Shown: positions 29,483 to 37,639 of the stretch, in pieces
Layout of the letters: every line of letters starts with the position of its first letter
Position numbering within the stretch: the stretch's first letter is position 1
NCBI GenBank assembly: GCA_963513565.1
Contig: CAUPRE010000017.1
Coordinates: 7,445 to 71,444 of the forward strand
Reading direction: 5' to 3'
From: an uncultured Flavobacterium sp.
Lineage (GTDB): Bacteria; Bacteroidota; Bacteroidia; Flavobacteriales; Flavobacteriaceae
DNA length: 64,000 bases
The notes under the pieces: generated by a model
What the model saw: the letters and a program-made list of their open reading frames with translations, nothing else
What the model was told of the DNA's origin: nothing
The model's database searches: none
Position numbers and translations under genes: made by a program

Positions 29483-29551
29483 AATCCTGCTATCCGCTAT
29501 ATCTATTGTGGCGAACCCCGCTACAATAGGATGCCGCTACTATCAGGGCTA
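29483..29551. repeat. family D element (reverse orientation)
   Basis: The reverse complement reads tagccctgatagtagcggcatcc-[tattgtagcggggttcgccacaata]-gatatagcggatagcagga. Same flank-hairpin-flank layout as 42039, 50796 and 55524. Confidence 0.75.
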
Positions 29552-29562
29552 GGTATTATCTG

Positions 29563-30780
29563 CTAAAAACGACGAATCGCTTCTTCAATTTTTTCTTCTT
29601 TTACACACAAAGCAAATCGGATGTACCCTTCGCCATTCGAACCAAAAATTGTTCCTGGTGTAATAAAGATGTATTTCTCATATAGTATCTTATCAATAAA
29701 ATCCTCCGCCGATGTGATTCCTGCTGGGAGTTTTGCCCAAACAAACAATCCCACACCTTCTTTGTACACCACACAACCTAATTTCTCAGCCAACTCTTCG
29801 GTTAAAATTCTGCGTTTTGCGTAAATCGCATTCATTTCGTCGAACCAAGAAGCATCACTCTGCAAAGCTGCAATAGCCCCTTTTTGAATGCCGTAAAACA
29901 TTCCGCTATCCATATTACTTTTTACTTTCAATACCGCATCAATACAGGCAGCATTTCCAGAAACCATTCCTACACGCCATCCTGCCATATTAAAGGTTTT
30001 GGACAACGAATTCAACTCCAACGCTACTTCTTTTGCTCCCTCCACTTGCAACAAACTCATTGGTTGATCATTCAAAACAAAACTATATGGATTATCATTG
30101 ACTAATAAAATGTTGTGTTTTTGTGCAAAAGCTACCAGTTTTTCAAACAAAGCCAAATTTCCTCTGGCTCCTGTAGGCATATGCGGATAACCAATCCACA
30201 TCAATTTTACTTTAGACAAATCCATTTTTTCCAAAGCCTCAAAATCAGGTTCCCAATTGGTGCTTTCTTTCAAGTCATAATACATTGGCACCGCACCTAC
30301 TAAATTAGTCACCGAAATATACGTCGGATACCCAGGATTTGGAATCAAAACGCCATCACCTTCATTCAAAAATGCTAACGAAATGTGCATAATTCCTTCT
30401 TTGGAACCCATCAAAGGCAAAATTTCAGTGGTGGTATTTAGGATCACTTGGTAATTACGCTCATAAAAATCAGCCATAGCTTGTCTTAATTCAGGCAAAC
30501 CTTGATAGCTTTGATACTGATGTGCATTTTCGTCTTGCATCGCTGCTGTCATTGCGGCAATCACAGCAGGAGCAGGTTTTAAATCAGGACTACCAATTCC
30601 CATATTGATTACAGGTTTTCCTTCGGCGGCCAATTGGCGTACTTCTCTCAACTTTGAGGAGAAGTAATATTCTTCAACTACATCAAGGCGTTTGGCAAGC
30701 CCCACCCCAACCCTCCCCAAAAGGGAGGGAGCCGAAGCTGATGCTTTTTCTGAATTACTGCTTTTATCTAAACTTTTCAA
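29563..30780 (-). CDS. pyridoxal phosphate-dependent aminotransferase (class I/II; aromatic/prephenate aminotransferase by context); start codon uncertain
   Basis: SLSKTFNMAGWRVG PLP-lysine motif and the EYYFS.KL N-terminal pattern. There is no in-frame ATG upstream of the conserved core. Candidate starts are the TTG at 30780 or a GTG/TTG inside the family B repeat (30699..30731). Confidence 0.85.
   Translation of the reverse strand: MKSLDKSSNSEKASASAPSLLGRVGVGLAKRLDVVEEYYFSSKLREVRQLAAEGKPVINMGIGSPDLKPAPAVIAAMTAAMQDENAHQYQSYQGLPELRQAMADFYERNYQVILNTTTEILPLMGSKEGIMHISLAFLNEGDGVLIPNPGYPTYISVTNLVGAVPMYYDLKESTNWEPDFEALEKMDLSKVKLMWIGYPHMPTGARGNLALFEKLVAFAQKHNILLVNDNPYSFVLNDQPMSLLQVEGAKEVALELNSLSKTFNMAGWRVGMVSGNAACIDAVLKVKSNMDSGMFYGIQKGAIAALQSDASWFDEMNAIYAKRRILTEELAEKLGCVVYKEGVGLFVWAKLPAGITSAEDFIDKILYEKYIFITPGTIFGSNGEGYIRFALCVKEEKIEEAIRRF
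30699..30731. repeat. family B GC-rich element (CTCCCTCCCTTTTGGGGAGGGTTGGGGTGGGGC) in the 5' end of the aminotransferase ORF
   Basis: Same element as 45201, 58141 and 59319. In the long ORF it is translated as APSLLGRVGVGL. Confidence 0.85.
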
Positions 30781-30829
30781 TTTTTCTTTTTTTTAAATCA
30801 ACAATTATCTTTTTTCTTGCTTCTTGATT

Positions 30830-30854
30830 CCCCGCCTAGGCGGGTTAGGGGGCT
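30830..30854. repeat. family A variant (CCCCGCCTAGGCGGGTTAGGGGGCT) abutting the pheA stop
   Basis: The pheA stop TAG (30853..30855) overlaps the element by 2 nt at its edge. The element lies in the pheA-aminotransferase spacer. Confidence 0.7.
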
Positions 30855-31680
30855 AAGGTTTTGTATTTTTATATTCACCCAAAACTTTAAAATAATCCGC
30901 CATAATCGAAACTAATGCTTTCGCCTTGGCGTAATCTTCATACTTTTCAAAAGTCACATCTACAAAAAAAGAATATTTCCAAGGTGTTTCTATTTTTGGC
31001 AAGGATTGTATTTTGGTTAAATTCAGTTTACAATCGCTCATCACATTCAAAACAGCGGCTAAACTTCCGCGTTTATGGTCCAATTCAAACTTGATGGAGG
31101 CTCTATTGATTTCGTCTTCGGAAACAAAAGAATTCTCTTTTTTGAGGATTACAAATCGAGTCATATTGTTCTCGATGGTTTGAATCGAAGGCGCGATAAT
31201 CTCTAAATTATACATATCAGCAGCCGTTTCACTGGCGATTGCTGCAATTCCTTTGATTTGATTTTCGTGGATTCTGCGAGCGGTTTCTGCCGTATCTTTA
31301 TCTTCAACCAATTTAATGTTAGGGTATTTTTTCAAGAAGTCCATACATTGTAATAATGCCATCGGATGCGAATGTACTTCTTGTATATCCTCGATTTTTT
31401 GTCCAGGCAAAGCCATTAAATTTTGAATAATATCCAAATAATGTTCCCCTATAATGTGCAAATTATTCTTGTCGATTAGTGCATAATTTGGAATAATCGG
31501 TCCCGCAATGGAGTTCTCAATAGCCATTACCGCTTGGTCACTATCTCCCTTCAACAAGCTATCTACTAATTCTTCAAAAGACAAGCATTCATCTACTGCC
31601 ACATTTTGGTAGAAATAATCTTTAGCTACCTGATGGTGAAACGACCCCTTTATCCCCTGAATTGCAATTTTTGCTCTCAT
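30853..31680 (-). CDS. pheA: prephenate dehydratase
   Basis: AIENSIAGPI and TRFVIL motifs plus a C-terminal ACT domain. First gene of the aromatic operon. Confidence 0.9.
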   Translation of the reverse strand: MRAKIAIQGIKGSFHHQVAKDYFYQNVAVDECLSFEELVDSLLKGDSDQAVMAIENSIAGPIIPNYALIDKNNLHIIGEHYLDIIQNLMALPGQKIEDIQEVHSHPMALLQCMDFLKKYPNIKLVEDKDTAETARRIHENQIKGIAAIASETAADMYNLEIIAPSIQTIENNMTRFVILKKENSFVSEDEINRASIKFELDHKRGSLAAVLNVMSDCKLNLTKIQSLPKIETPWKYSFFVDVTFEKYEDYAKAKALVSIMADYFKVLGEYKNTKP

Positions 31681-31685
31681 ATATT

Positions 31686-31717
31686 CAAAAAAAAATCCTG
31701 ATTTTCATCAGGATTGT
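31686..31717 (-). terminator. attenuator terminator immediately upstream of the pheA ATG
   Basis: On the minus strand: AAUCCUGAU-GAAA-AUCAGGAUU followed by U9, ending 6 nt before the pheA start. Its 5' arm (ACAAUCCU) can alternatively pair with AGGAUUGU at the leader ORF stop. Confidence 0.7.
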
Positions 31718-31767
31718 ATTGTAGTTTTATTTGTTTTTTTGTCATTCAAATAACCATAGCACAATCC

Positions 31768-31824
31768 TTACTTCTCAAAGAAGAAATAAAAAGTATAGCT
31801 AAAGTAAAAACGGTTATTTGACAT
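31768..31824 (-). CDS. Phe/Tyr-rich leader peptide MSNNRFYFSYTFYFFFEK (18 aa)
   Basis: ATG at 31824, TAA at 31768..31770. 7 Phe + 3 Tyr in 18 codons. Located 50-140 nt upstream of pheA and followed by antiterminator/terminator alternatives. Too short for the ORF track. Confidence 0.6.
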   Translation of the reverse strand: MSNNRFYFSYTFYFFFEK

Positions 31825-32018
31825 TTTGTGTTCTAATTTTCAATAAATTCTTTGACAAAGATAAAAACTTATTTTGATGTCATCAAAAAAAACAGCATTA
31901 ATCCCTAACAAAAAAGGATTTCTTTGTGAAATTGATTTTCAATTAACAATCCTATAAAAAAGTTTACAGCAAAGCCTCTTTTTTTATTGATTATTCTTAT
32001 TGATTCGACACTAAAAAA

Positions 32019-32945
32019 CTATTTCTTCATCTTTGGAACCCTTGATGGCGTATCTTTTCCACTAATTATGGTTTGTGAACTGATGGCAATCGACTTGATA
32101 ATCTCCGTCATATTATCCATATCCAAAGTACTTATTTCGTCACTTAATTTATGATAATTCGGCTCAACATCCATTTTAGAAGTAGAAATAGTATGCGCTG
32201 GAACTCCTAAAGCAGCCAATCTTGCATTATCAGAACGATAAAATAATTGTTGCTCAGGATAAGGGTCTTGATAAAAGTTAAATCCAGAACCCACTAAATT
32301 CTTTTGCAAAATAGTTCCAAAATCAGAGCGCTCGAATCCTGTAATATAGGCTGAGTTCTTACCCCATTTACTATCCGTTCCAATCATTTCGATATTGAAC
32401 ATCGCTACCACTTCGTCTGCATTGATAGAATTTGAAAAAAAGGCTGAACCGTAGCCTCCTGTTTCTTCGCCCGTAAATGCTACAAAAATAAGTGTTCGTT
32501 CATTGTCGTTTTTCTTTTTAAAATATTCTGCCAGAGTAATTACCGCTGTAATTCCAGAAGCATCATCATTGGCACCATTAAAAATTTTGTCATCACCAGA
32601 CTCTTTCATTCCTAAATGATCGAAATGTCCAGAAAAAATGACATACTCGTTGGGGTTTGATTTTCCTGGAATAATTCCAATTACATTATTGGCTTTTTTC
32701 CCTTTAATCAAAAAATCTTGACGATAAGATTGTAATTCTTTATAGTAAGTCAATCCAATTCGTTTGAACTCTGCTTCTATAAAAGCCGATGCTTTCTCGA
32801 TTCCTGGTGTAAACATACCACGTCCTTCCATGGCATCCGAAGCCAATTCCGTTTCTATTCGAGTAACCTCGCTTTTTTGAATCCCACTCTGAGCTTGAGC
32901 CGTGAGTCCAAAAAGTACCATCAATCCTAAACTAATTTTTTTCAT
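32019..32945 (-). CDS. M28 family metallopeptidase (aminopeptidase)
   Basis: Signal peptide. Zn-ligand motifs SGHFDH, GANDDASG and TGEETGG typical of M28 peptidases. Confidence 0.8.
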   Translation of the reverse strand: MKKISLGLMVLFGLTAQAQSGIQKSEVTRIETELASDAMEGRGMFTPGIEKASAFIEAEFKRIGLTYYKELQSYRQDFLIKGKKANNVIGIIPGKSNPNEYVIFSGHFDHLGMKESGDDKIFNGANDDASGITAVITLAEYFKKKNDNERTLIFVAFTGEETGGYGSAFFSNSINADEVVAMFNIEMIGTDSKWGKNSAYITGFERSDFGTILQKNLVGSGFNFYQDPYPEQQLFYRSDNARLAALGVPAHTISTSKMDVEPNYHKLSDEISTLDMDNMTEIIKSIAISSQTIISGKDTPSRVPKMKK

Positions 32946-32956
32946 ATGTATGTGAT

Positions 32957-34207
32957 TTAATTGATTTCATTTTCTCGTAAAAGCCATTTTTTACCTTCAA
33001 CGATTCGTGTGACCATCATTGCCGATATCAAATCGCCATTAGCATTGAGCAAAGTCGCAATGGGATCGACTAGTGTTCCAATAATCATAGCAGCGGGCAA
33101 GGCTTGTTCCATTGGAAAACCATAAATGGTGATGGCTAAAATTTCACCGATATAACCTCCGTTTGGAATCCCTCCTTCCACTACTGATACAATAATTGTT
33201 ATTCCAATAGCTGTTAGAATCGTAATCGGATCTGTGAAATCCTTACCAAAAATAGCAAAAATCACCGCTATTTTTACAATAGACGACATACTAGAACCAT
33301 CTTTATGCAAAGGCGCCCCTAAAGGAATTACCAAATTTCGAATATAAGCAGGGATTTTCATTTGTGTAGCTCCTTCTAAATTGGCTGGAATTGTGGCAAT
33401 ACTACTGCAAGTTCCTATTGCCGTAAAGGAAGGCGTGATATTGTTTTTCCAAAACACTTTCACACCTAATAGCCCTCCTGAAAAAAAAGCATAGATAGTA
33501 AAGAATACTATAAAGTAAAAAGTACACATCCCATAATAAACAGCTAGTGGTTTGGCATAAGCTCCAAATAGCTGGGGACCAAAAATCCCAACCTGATACG
33601 CAAAATAGGCCCCAAGCCCAACTGGAGCTCCTTTCATAATGATTACTAACAACTGTTTCATCACCTCATTTGCCGAATGCAAAAATCGAGCAAAATCTTT
33701 ACCCTTTTCGCCAGCATTCAAAGTGGCAAAACCCATTAAAAAAGAAAAAAGGATCAAAGCCAACATATTTTTACGAGACAAAATTTCATAAAAATCATTC
33801 ACCGTTAACAGCTGAGTAACGGGCGAATCTGTTGTACTGTTATGAGCAGTAACCAAAGAAGATTTTGCTAAAAAAACAGCCTGATCAACAGGAAAAATAA
33901 AAATCCCAATAATCATTACTATGGCAGAAATAATTACCGTTACCAAAAAGACCACCAAAACAACTCCGAAAAGTTTACCAAGCTTATCGGTTTTTTGCAA
34001 ATTAGCAATTGAAGATGCTATGGTAAAAATCACCAATGGAATTATAGCAGTAAAAAGTAAATTAAGAAAGATATCGCCCAACGGTTTTATTACCTCAACG
34101 TCTTTACCAAAAAGCAATCCAGCCATACTGCCAAGTACAATCCCACCCAAAAGCAATAGGATACTGCTGTAATTTTCTAAAAAAGAATTTGTTTTGTCTT
34201 CGCTCAT
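32957..34207 (-). CDS. dicarboxylate/amino acid:cation symporter (DAACS family)
   Basis: 416-aa polytopic membrane protein with DAACS-type motifs (GTCSSIATIPAN, PLGAPLHKDGS, NANGD). Confidence 0.8.
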   Translation of the reverse strand: MSEDKTNSFLENYSSILLLLGGIVLGSMAGLLFGKDVEVIKPLGDIFLNLLFTAIIPLVIFTIASSIANLQKTDKLGKLFGVVLVVFLVTVIISAIVMIIGIFIFPVDQAVFLAKSSLVTAHNSTTDSPVTQLLTVNDFYEILSRKNMLALILFSFLMGFATLNAGEKGKDFARFLHSANEVMKQLLVIIMKGAPVGLGAYFAYQVGIFGPQLFGAYAKPLAVYYGMCTFYFIVFFTIYAFFSGGLLGVKVFWKNNITPSFTAIGTCSSIATIPANLEGATQMKIPAYIRNLVIPLGAPLHKDGSSMSSIVKIAVIFAIFGKDFTDPITILTAIGITIIVSVVEGGIPNGGYIGEILAITIYGFPMEQALPAAMIIGTLVDPIATLLNANGDLISAMMVTRIVEGKKWLLRENEIN

Positions 34208-34350
34208 AGCTATAAGTTTGAAGTAAATATAGAAATCTTAGCGCATTGGTAGGAATAAAAGCGAGATAAATTGATATCCAGCAAAAAACAAAATAGCTCA
34301 ATATTTTTTCATACTATCCAAAGAAACTTCCATAGCTTGGTTTTTCTGTT

Positions 34351-34358
34351 TACTTTTG
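34351..34358 (+). promoter_or_regulatory. candidate -7 box TACTTTTG (TAnnTTTG) upstream of the gldA-like gene
   Basis: Motif match 17 nt upstream of the ATG at 34375. The -33 element is not convincing. Confidence 0.35.
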
Positions 34359-34374
34359 CAACAAAACCATTCTT

Positions 34375-35271
34375 ATGTCTATAGAAGTTACAAATTTATC
34401 AAAAAGCTATGGTGCTCAAAAAGCAATAGACTCGATTACTTTTTCTGTAAAAAAAGGAGAAATCGTTGGTTTTCTTGGTCCAAATGGCGCTGGAAAATCT
34501 ACTTTGATGAAAATATTGACCACTTATCTAGCGGCTGATGAAGGCGTAGCACTAGTAAACGATAAAAATGTCATTTCAGACACCAAAGAAGTCCAAAAAA
34601 TCATTGGCTATTTACCAGAGCACAATCCGTTGTATTTAGATTTGTATGTTAGAGAGTATCTGGCTTTCAACGCCGATGTTTACAAAGTACCCTCCTCTCG
34701 CATTCAAGAAGTAATTGAATTGACAGGATTAACGCCCGAAAGTCATAAGAAAATAGGGCAACTCTCTAAAGGATACCGTCAACGTGTAGGATTAGCCAAT
34801 GCCTTGTTGCACAATCCAGAAGTACTCATTCTTGACGAACCCACAACTGGTTTAGACCCTAATCAATTGGTCGAAATAAGAAATGTGATTAAAAACGTGG
34901 GGAAAGACAAAACCGTTTTTCTGTCTACTCATATTATGCAAGAAGTAGAAGCGATTTGTGACCGTGTCATTATTATTGATAAAGGCAAAATTGTAGCTGA
35001 CAAAAAATTAGAAGTTTTGATTGCAGCCGACAAAGAACAAGTCATCGAAGTAGAATTTGATTTAAAAGTAACCGAAGACCAAATCAATACCATTCCACAT
35101 TTAAAATCATTCATCAAAAACAGTGATTATCTATGGGAACTGACTTTTTTATCGAGTCAAGATATGCGTCCAACCGTATTCGATTTCGCTCACGACAATG
35201 GTTTAAAAACCTTGCAACTCAACCAGAAAAACAAAAATCTAGAAGCGGTATTTAGGGAGATTACAAAGTAG
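34375..35271 (+). CDS. gldA: ABC transporter ATP-binding protein, gliding-motility GldA-like
   Basis: Walker A GPNGAGKST, signature LSKGYRQRV, Walker B LILDEPTTGLD. The size (298 aa) and N-terminus MSIEV.N.SKSYG match my recollection of Flavobacterium GldA. Confidence 0.65.
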   Translation: MSIEVTNLSKSYGAQKAIDSITFSVKKGEIVGFLGPNGAGKSTLMKILTTYLAADEGVALVNDKNVISDTKEVQKIIGYLPEHNPLYLDLYVREYLAFNADVYKVPSSRIQEVIELTGLTPESHKKIGQLSKGYRQRVGLANALLHNPEVLILDEPTTGLDPNQLVEIRNVIKNVGKDKTVFLSTHIMQEVEAICDRVIIIDKGKIVADKKLEVLIAADKEQVIEVEFDLKVTEDQINTIPHLKSFIKNSDYLWELTFLSSQDMRPTVFDFAHDNGLKTLQLNQKNKNLEAVFREITK

Positions 35272-35273
35272 TG

Positions 35274-35355
35274 ATTAGTCCCTAGCAGTTAGTAATTAGT
35301 GAATAGCAAAAAAACTAAGAACTAACTGCTAAGGACTAATTACAATTCACTAATT
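35274..35355. repeat. two interleaved inverted-repeat pairs (A-B ... A'-B') between convergent genes
   Basis: A is attagtccctagcagttagt (35274..35293) and pairs with A' actaactgctaaggactaat (35321..35340). B is aattagtgaat (35294..35304) and pairs with B' attcactaatt (35345..35355). Probably acts as a convergent terminator. Confidence 0.7.
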
Positions 35356-36397
35356 ACTCCAAGCTATCTTTTATCGCTTGAATCCAATCCTCAATAGTAG
35401 TTTCGTTGGTATTGATTGCGACACTTTTTGCTCCATAAGGCGCATATTTATCTGTTTTGGTAACCGAAAACAAACCTACTACTGGTAATTGAGCAGCACT
35501 AGCCAAGTGCATCATTCCGCTATCAGCGCCCACAAAAACAGCTGTATTTTTAAAAAATGCCGTAATTTCTCTAATGTCTTTACTGTAATAGGTTGGCGCA
35601 GCAAAATGTATTTGCGACACATTTTCTACAGGCAACACTTCCAAAATATTGTAGTCTGGAAATTCTTTTAAAATTCTTTCATAAAAAACGGCCCACCATT
35701 CCACCGAATAACATTTGGCTCCCGTGGCAAAAGTGAAAAGACAAATCGTTTTTTTAGATGCTGGAACAATGGCGTCCAAAAGTCCTTTCCCTTTAGCTAG
35801 TTCTTCGTGACTTAGTTGCAAAAGCAAATTAGGAATTGGTGCGTTCGGCACTTTCATCCCTACCGAAGAAAGAAAATAACGCAAATCATACACAGGATAT
35901 TTTGCAATATGAGTATAGTCAGAAAATTGACTAGAAAGATCGGTTGCTTGTTCCCCAAAACATTTGAATTTTGCATCGACTAGCTGAATAGACAAACGAC
36001 CTGATGAAGAATTTTTATCTGCATTGATGGCCAAATCGTATTTGTTTTTCTTCAGTTTCAACCAGCCCTTCATATAGTTTCCTAATTCGTCAAAATGCTT
36101 TTTAGGCAAACGAATAATCTGATTTACATTTGTGAAATTTTCAAAAACAATAGGACCAAGATTCCCTTTTATAAAAACATCAATAGTTGCATTCGGGAAA
36201 AGATTTTGTACTTCTTGTACCAAAGGTGTAATTAGCAACAAGTTTCCTAAACGGTGATTGGGTCTCGAAATCAAGACTCTTTTTACTTGTTGTGGATTAA
36301 TTGTTCCCTTATTTACATTCGAAGAGTTGCCAAGACCACTTGTTAGGCTTTGCATAACACTTCTTCTTATTCTATTAATTTTTATTTTGAAACTCAT
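35354..36397 (-). CDS. glycosyltransferase family 9 protein (heptosyltransferase-like)
   Basis: GADSGMMHLASA motif and the N-terminal RVLISRPNHRLGNLLLITP pattern. I prefer the ATG at 36397 over the track start at 36565. Confidence 0.7.
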   Translation of the reverse strand: MSFKIKINRIRRSVMQSLTSGLGNSSNVNKGTINPQQVKRVLISRPNHRLGNLLLITPLVQEVQNLFPNATIDVFIKGNLGPIVFENFTNVNQIIRLPKKHFDELGNYMKGWLKLKKNKYDLAINADKNSSSGRLSIQLVDAKFKCFGEQATDLSSQFSDYTHIAKYPVYDLRYFLSSVGMKVPNAPIPNLLLQLSHEELAKGKGLLDAIVPASKKTICLFTFATGAKCYSVEWWAVFYERILKEFPDYNILEVLPVENVSQIHFAAPTYYSKDIREITAFFKNTAVFVGADSGMMHLASAAQLPVVGLFSVTKTDKYAPYGAKSVAINTNETTIEDWIQAIKDSLE

Positions 36398-36587
36398 CGT
36401 AAAGTATATTTTAGCGAAAAAAGAATACTCTTTTTTGGAACTGCAAATGTAGAACTCTTGGGTAATATTATCAGAAGAAAATAAAAATTTAACCCTTAGA
36501 TAATTACTTTCGCCAAAGCCAAAAAAAAATACCCGACAAGCCAAAAGCTCATCGAGTACTTTCAATTGAAATAATATAATCCTTTTA

Positions 36588-37544
36588 TTAAAAAATCTGA
36601 CTAGCGATTTGTCTGATGTTCTCTGATTTCCCCATAGAATAGTAATGCAAAACAGGAACTCCCGCGGCTTTTAATTCTATAGATTGTTGAATCGCCCATT
36701 CTATTCCAACTTGACGAATTTCTGCATTGTTTTTACATTTTTCTACCGCAGCAATTAAATCTTCTGGCAAATCGATACGGAAAATTTGTGGCAACACTTG
36801 CAAATGTCTTTCTACCGCAATAGGTTTAATCCCTGGAATAATTGGAACTGTAATGCCCATTTCTCTGGCTTTGGATACGAATTCGAAATATTTAGCATTA
36901 TCAAAAAACATTTGAGTAACAACATAATCTGCTCCTGCATCTACTTTTTCTTTAAGACGTTTCAAATCGGTTTGCAAAGATGGAGATTCCAAATGCTTTT
37001 CTGGATAACCTGCCACCCCAATACAGAAATCGGCTTTATTGTCAATGTCCATTACTTCGTGCAAATACTTCCCTTGATTCAATTGATAAATTTGGCTTAC
37101 TAAATCGGAAGCATATTTATTCCCACCGTTGGTTGGCACAAACGATTGCTCGTCTTTCATCGCATCACCACGCAAAGCCATCACATTATCAATGCCTAAG
37201 TAATGACAATCTACCAACAAATACTCAGTTTCTTCTTTCGTAAAACCTCCACAAAGTACGTGCGGCACCGTGTCGACATTGTATTTATGTTTTATAGATG
37301 CACAAATACCCAAAGTTCCTGGGCGCATTCTTGTCAACTTCTTTTCTAATAACCCATTCCCTTTATTAACATAGATAAACTCTTCACGAGAAGTGGTCAC
37401 ATCAATAAATGGTGGCTTGAACTCCATCAACGGGTCGATGTTGTCGTATAATTCCTGAATGCTTTTGCCTTTTTGTGGCGGAATAATCTCAAAAGAAAAC
37501 AAGGTTTCTCCTTTGGCGTTTTCTATATGTTGTGTTACTTTCAT
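36588..37544 (-). CDS. metF: methylenetetrahydrofolate reductase [NAD(P)H]
   Basis: N-terminus FSFEIIPP.KG and TIM-barrel MTHFR motifs (GYPE.H, DYVVTQMFFD). Adjacent to metH. Confidence 0.9.
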   Translation of the reverse strand: MKVTQHIENAKGETLFSFEIIPPQKGKSIQELYDNIDPLMEFKPPFIDVTTSREEFIYVNKGNGLLEKKLTRMRPGTLGICASIKHKYNVDTVPHVLCGGFTKEETEYLLVDCHYLGIDNVMALRGDAMKDEQSFVPTNGGNKYASDLVSQIYQLNQGKYLHEVMDIDNKADFCIGVAGYPEKHLESPSLQTDLKRLKEKVDAGADYVVTQMFFDNAKYFEFVSKAREMGITVPIIPGIKPIAVERHLQVLPQIFRIDLPEDLIAAVEKCKNNAEIRQVGIEWAIQQSIELKAAGVPVLHYYSMGKSENIRQIASQIF

Positions 37545-37552
37545 TTCCTTTA

Positions 37553-37634
37553 GTTTGAAGTTTAAGGTTTAAGGTTTAAGGTTCTCACGAACAACTTTAA
37601 ACTTTAAACTTTAAACAAATTTTCAACTTTAAAC
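37553..37634. repeat. intercistronic heptamer-word inverted repeat (gtttaag x3 versus aacttta x3) between metH and metF
   Basis: The left arm gtttgaagtttaaggtttaaggtttaaggtt faces the right arm aactttaaactttaaactttaaac. They form an imperfect long hairpin. Confidence 0.7.
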
Positions 37635-37639
37635 TATTA

